A DNA stretch of 64,000 nucleotides from an uncultured delta proteobacterium. Lineage in GTDB: Bacteria > Desulfobacterota > Binatia > UBA9968. Shown here piece after piece: positions 62,358 to 64,000 of the stretch (positions are counted from its first letter, which is position 1; the number at the start of each line of letters is the position of its first letter). A program made the position numbers and the translations under genes. The DNA is taken from NCBI GenBank assembly GCA_963737905.1, contig CAVTUQ010000007.1, forward strand, positions 423,678 to 487,677. Reading direction: 5' to 3'. The notes below the pieces were generated by a model. The model did not search any database and was not told the origin of the DNA. It was given only the letters and a program-made list of their open reading frames with translations.

Positions 62358-62650
62358 TTCCGTTAGTTCCTTAGAGTTGAAAGTTCGGATCGACTTGCTC
62401 TTTCCTTGAACTCTTGAACCTTGAACTTTTGAACCGCCGCAAGGCTTTGAACGGAGCGAAGCGATTGAACGACTTGAACGTTTGGAACAGGCGCAAGCCA
62501 AAAGTCTATGAAAGATAGTCGCGCGACCATTTCCTCGGTTGATCACATGATAGACCTTGCTGCCCACGCGGGATTCTCGGCACCAGCAGCGTCTATCACA
62601 CCGCTACATGCGATCGCAACGGGGGAAAAGTAGCCTGTCCTCCTCTATTC
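62358..62650 (-). repeat. repeat module D (RAYT1 5' end joined to RAYT2 body)
   Basis: Right part matches modules A/B; left part matches module C. Confidence 0.85.
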
Positions 62651-62676
62651 CCCACATCGCCCACAACCACAAAACC

Positions 62677-63822
62677 CTACGCCTTCGGATAGGTCGGCAC
62701 CATATCGGGCCGATAAGTCCACTGTTTGATCGGCTTGCCATCCGCCAGGTTGCGCAACTCTCGTTGCCAAATTTTCCGCAGAAGAAAAACCCCGCGATCG
62801 CTGCGGCCGAGGTGTTCGTTGCTGCGCACTGCGATTGCGCCTTGACCGGTCTGCGCGACTTCGTCCTCGAGCATGACAAAGTCGACGCGATTGGGATCCA
62901 CCTCGTTGAGATGAAGTTTTCCGGCGAGGATCGCCCGCACTAAATCAGGCCGGTCTTTCTCCGCTTGCGCGCGCATCTCGCGCCGCTCTTCGATCCACTG
63001 GCGGCCACGCTCGCCGGTAAGGCGGATCGCGCGCACTTCGAAATGAATGTGGCTATCGTCATCCACCGGGACTTTGAATACGATCACATCCGCCCGCTTG
63101 ATTTCCGCATCGACCACTTGACCGTTGATGAAGTTGATATTGGGCATGCCGAAGAAAAAAGTCAGATCCTTGCCGTCGGGATATTTGACGTAGCGCCGGA
63201 TGCCCCACTCGGATTCTTCCACGGAAACCACCGGGTCGCCCAGCACGATGTGATCATCGACCGCCTCCCGATGGCGCTGGTGTACGAAGCGGACATGGAC
63301 AGGGTCGAGCGAGTTATCGATGTTGTTGAAGTAGTTGCAAATGCGCCGCAGGCCGGCGACGTCCAGCGAGATATCGGGACGTTCGAAGCGCGGGTAACGC
63401 GGCAGCGCCGGCGGATCGCCCTCGCCGAGATAAGCGAAGATCAGTCCGATGTATTCTTTCACCGGATGACCCGGAATGCGCACTTTGTCGGCGAACGACT
63501 CACCCTCGGCCGGTTGTTCCACGCATTGTCCCGAGCCATCGTATTTCCAGCCGTGATAGAAGCAGCGGATGCACTCGCCTTCAATCGAACCCACCGATAG
63601 TTGTGTTCCCCGGTGCGCACAGCGCGACCCGACGAGATACGGAGCGCCGCTATCGCCGCGGTAAACCGTGAAGTCCTCGCCCAAGATGCGCACAGGCAGC
63701 GCCCTGCCGACAGGAAGTTCATAGGAACAACAAACCGGCTGCCAGAACGTCCGCAAGTAACGCCCGGCCAACGTTCCCGGTCCGGTGTGAACGAAATCGT
63801 CAAAATTCATCGCCGGCGCCAT
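62677..63822 (-). CDS. Rieske non-heme iron oxygenase alpha subunit, copy 2
   Basis: Same length (381 aa) and motifs as copy 1; DNSLDPVHVRFVH. Confidence 0.92.
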   Translation of the reverse strand: MAPAMNFDDFVHTGPGTLAGRYLRTFWQPVCCSYELPVGRALPVRILGEDFTVYRGDSGAPYLVGSRCAHRGTQLSVGSIEGECIRCFYHGWKYDGSGQCVEQPAEGESFADKVRIPGHPVKEYIGLIFAYLGEGDPPALPRYPRFERPDISLDVAGLRRICNYFNNIDNSLDPVHVRFVHQRHREAVDDHIVLGDPVVSVEESEWGIRRYVKYPDGKDLTFFFGMPNINFINGQVVDAEIKRADVIVFKVPVDDDSHIHFEVRAIRLTGERGRQWIEERREMRAQAEKDRPDLVRAILAGKLHLNEVDPNRVDFVMLEDEVAQTGQGAIAVRSNEHLGRSDRGVFLLRKIWQRELRNLADGKPIKQWTYRPDMVPTYPKA

Positions 63823-64000
63823 AATAGTTTATCCCGAGCGGGATTGTCCAGTGAATGTATTGGGCCACCATGTTTTGTTTGAGGGTCGCGGGCAGGGTCA
63901 GGCCTTGCAGCAGCGTATTTTCAACTGCTCGCTTCAGATTCCTTCAACCGATGGCAGGGGTCCATCACACAGCCGCCTGCGATAGCCACGGGGAAAAAGT
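63823..64000. repeat. duplicate of 54387-54564, ending in the RAYT1 end motif (cut by window edge)
   Basis: Two substitutions seen over about 178 bp. Confidence 0.9.

Noticed and set aside
46800-62500. GAAC repeats as a CRISPR array
   Set aside because: No constant repeat with regular unique spacers, and no cas genes.
53241-63822. Diversity-generating retroelement explaining the Rieske variants
   Set aside because: No reverse transcriptase, and the differences are mostly synonymous and not adenine-specific.

Overview
Bacterial chromosomal window of moderate GC, with many single-base frameshifts that suggest an unpolished long-read assembly. The gene content points, by inference only, to a Binatia/Deltaproteobacteria-like soil or sediment lineage. 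Most of 0.4-45 kb is minus-strand catabolic and transport genes. These are seven amidohydrolase_2 paralogues plus a chlorohydrolase-like amidohydrolase, many orphan ABC solute-binding proteins, two MmgE/PrpD proteins, a TPP enzyme, a CADD/PqqC-like di-iron protein and a 2-hydroxyacid dehydrogenase. Also present are a fused CydDC-like ABC exporter, a MarR-permease-ClC unit, an IS4 element, a protoglobin, GYD proteins, nested MITE-like elements and a GIY-YIG gene flanked by covarying hairpins. The 46-64 kb part is a plastic island. Fragments of two REP-associated tyrosine transposase (RAYT, HUH) subfamilies are broken by a recurring GAAC-repeat/mini-hairpin module. Between them lie four co-oriented toxin-antitoxin pairs, two Rieske oxygenase paralogues with near-identical flanks but diverged interiors, a high-GC flavin monooxygenase and an adenylate cyclase-AAA-TPR gene. 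No rRNA, tRNA or CRISPR array was recognised.
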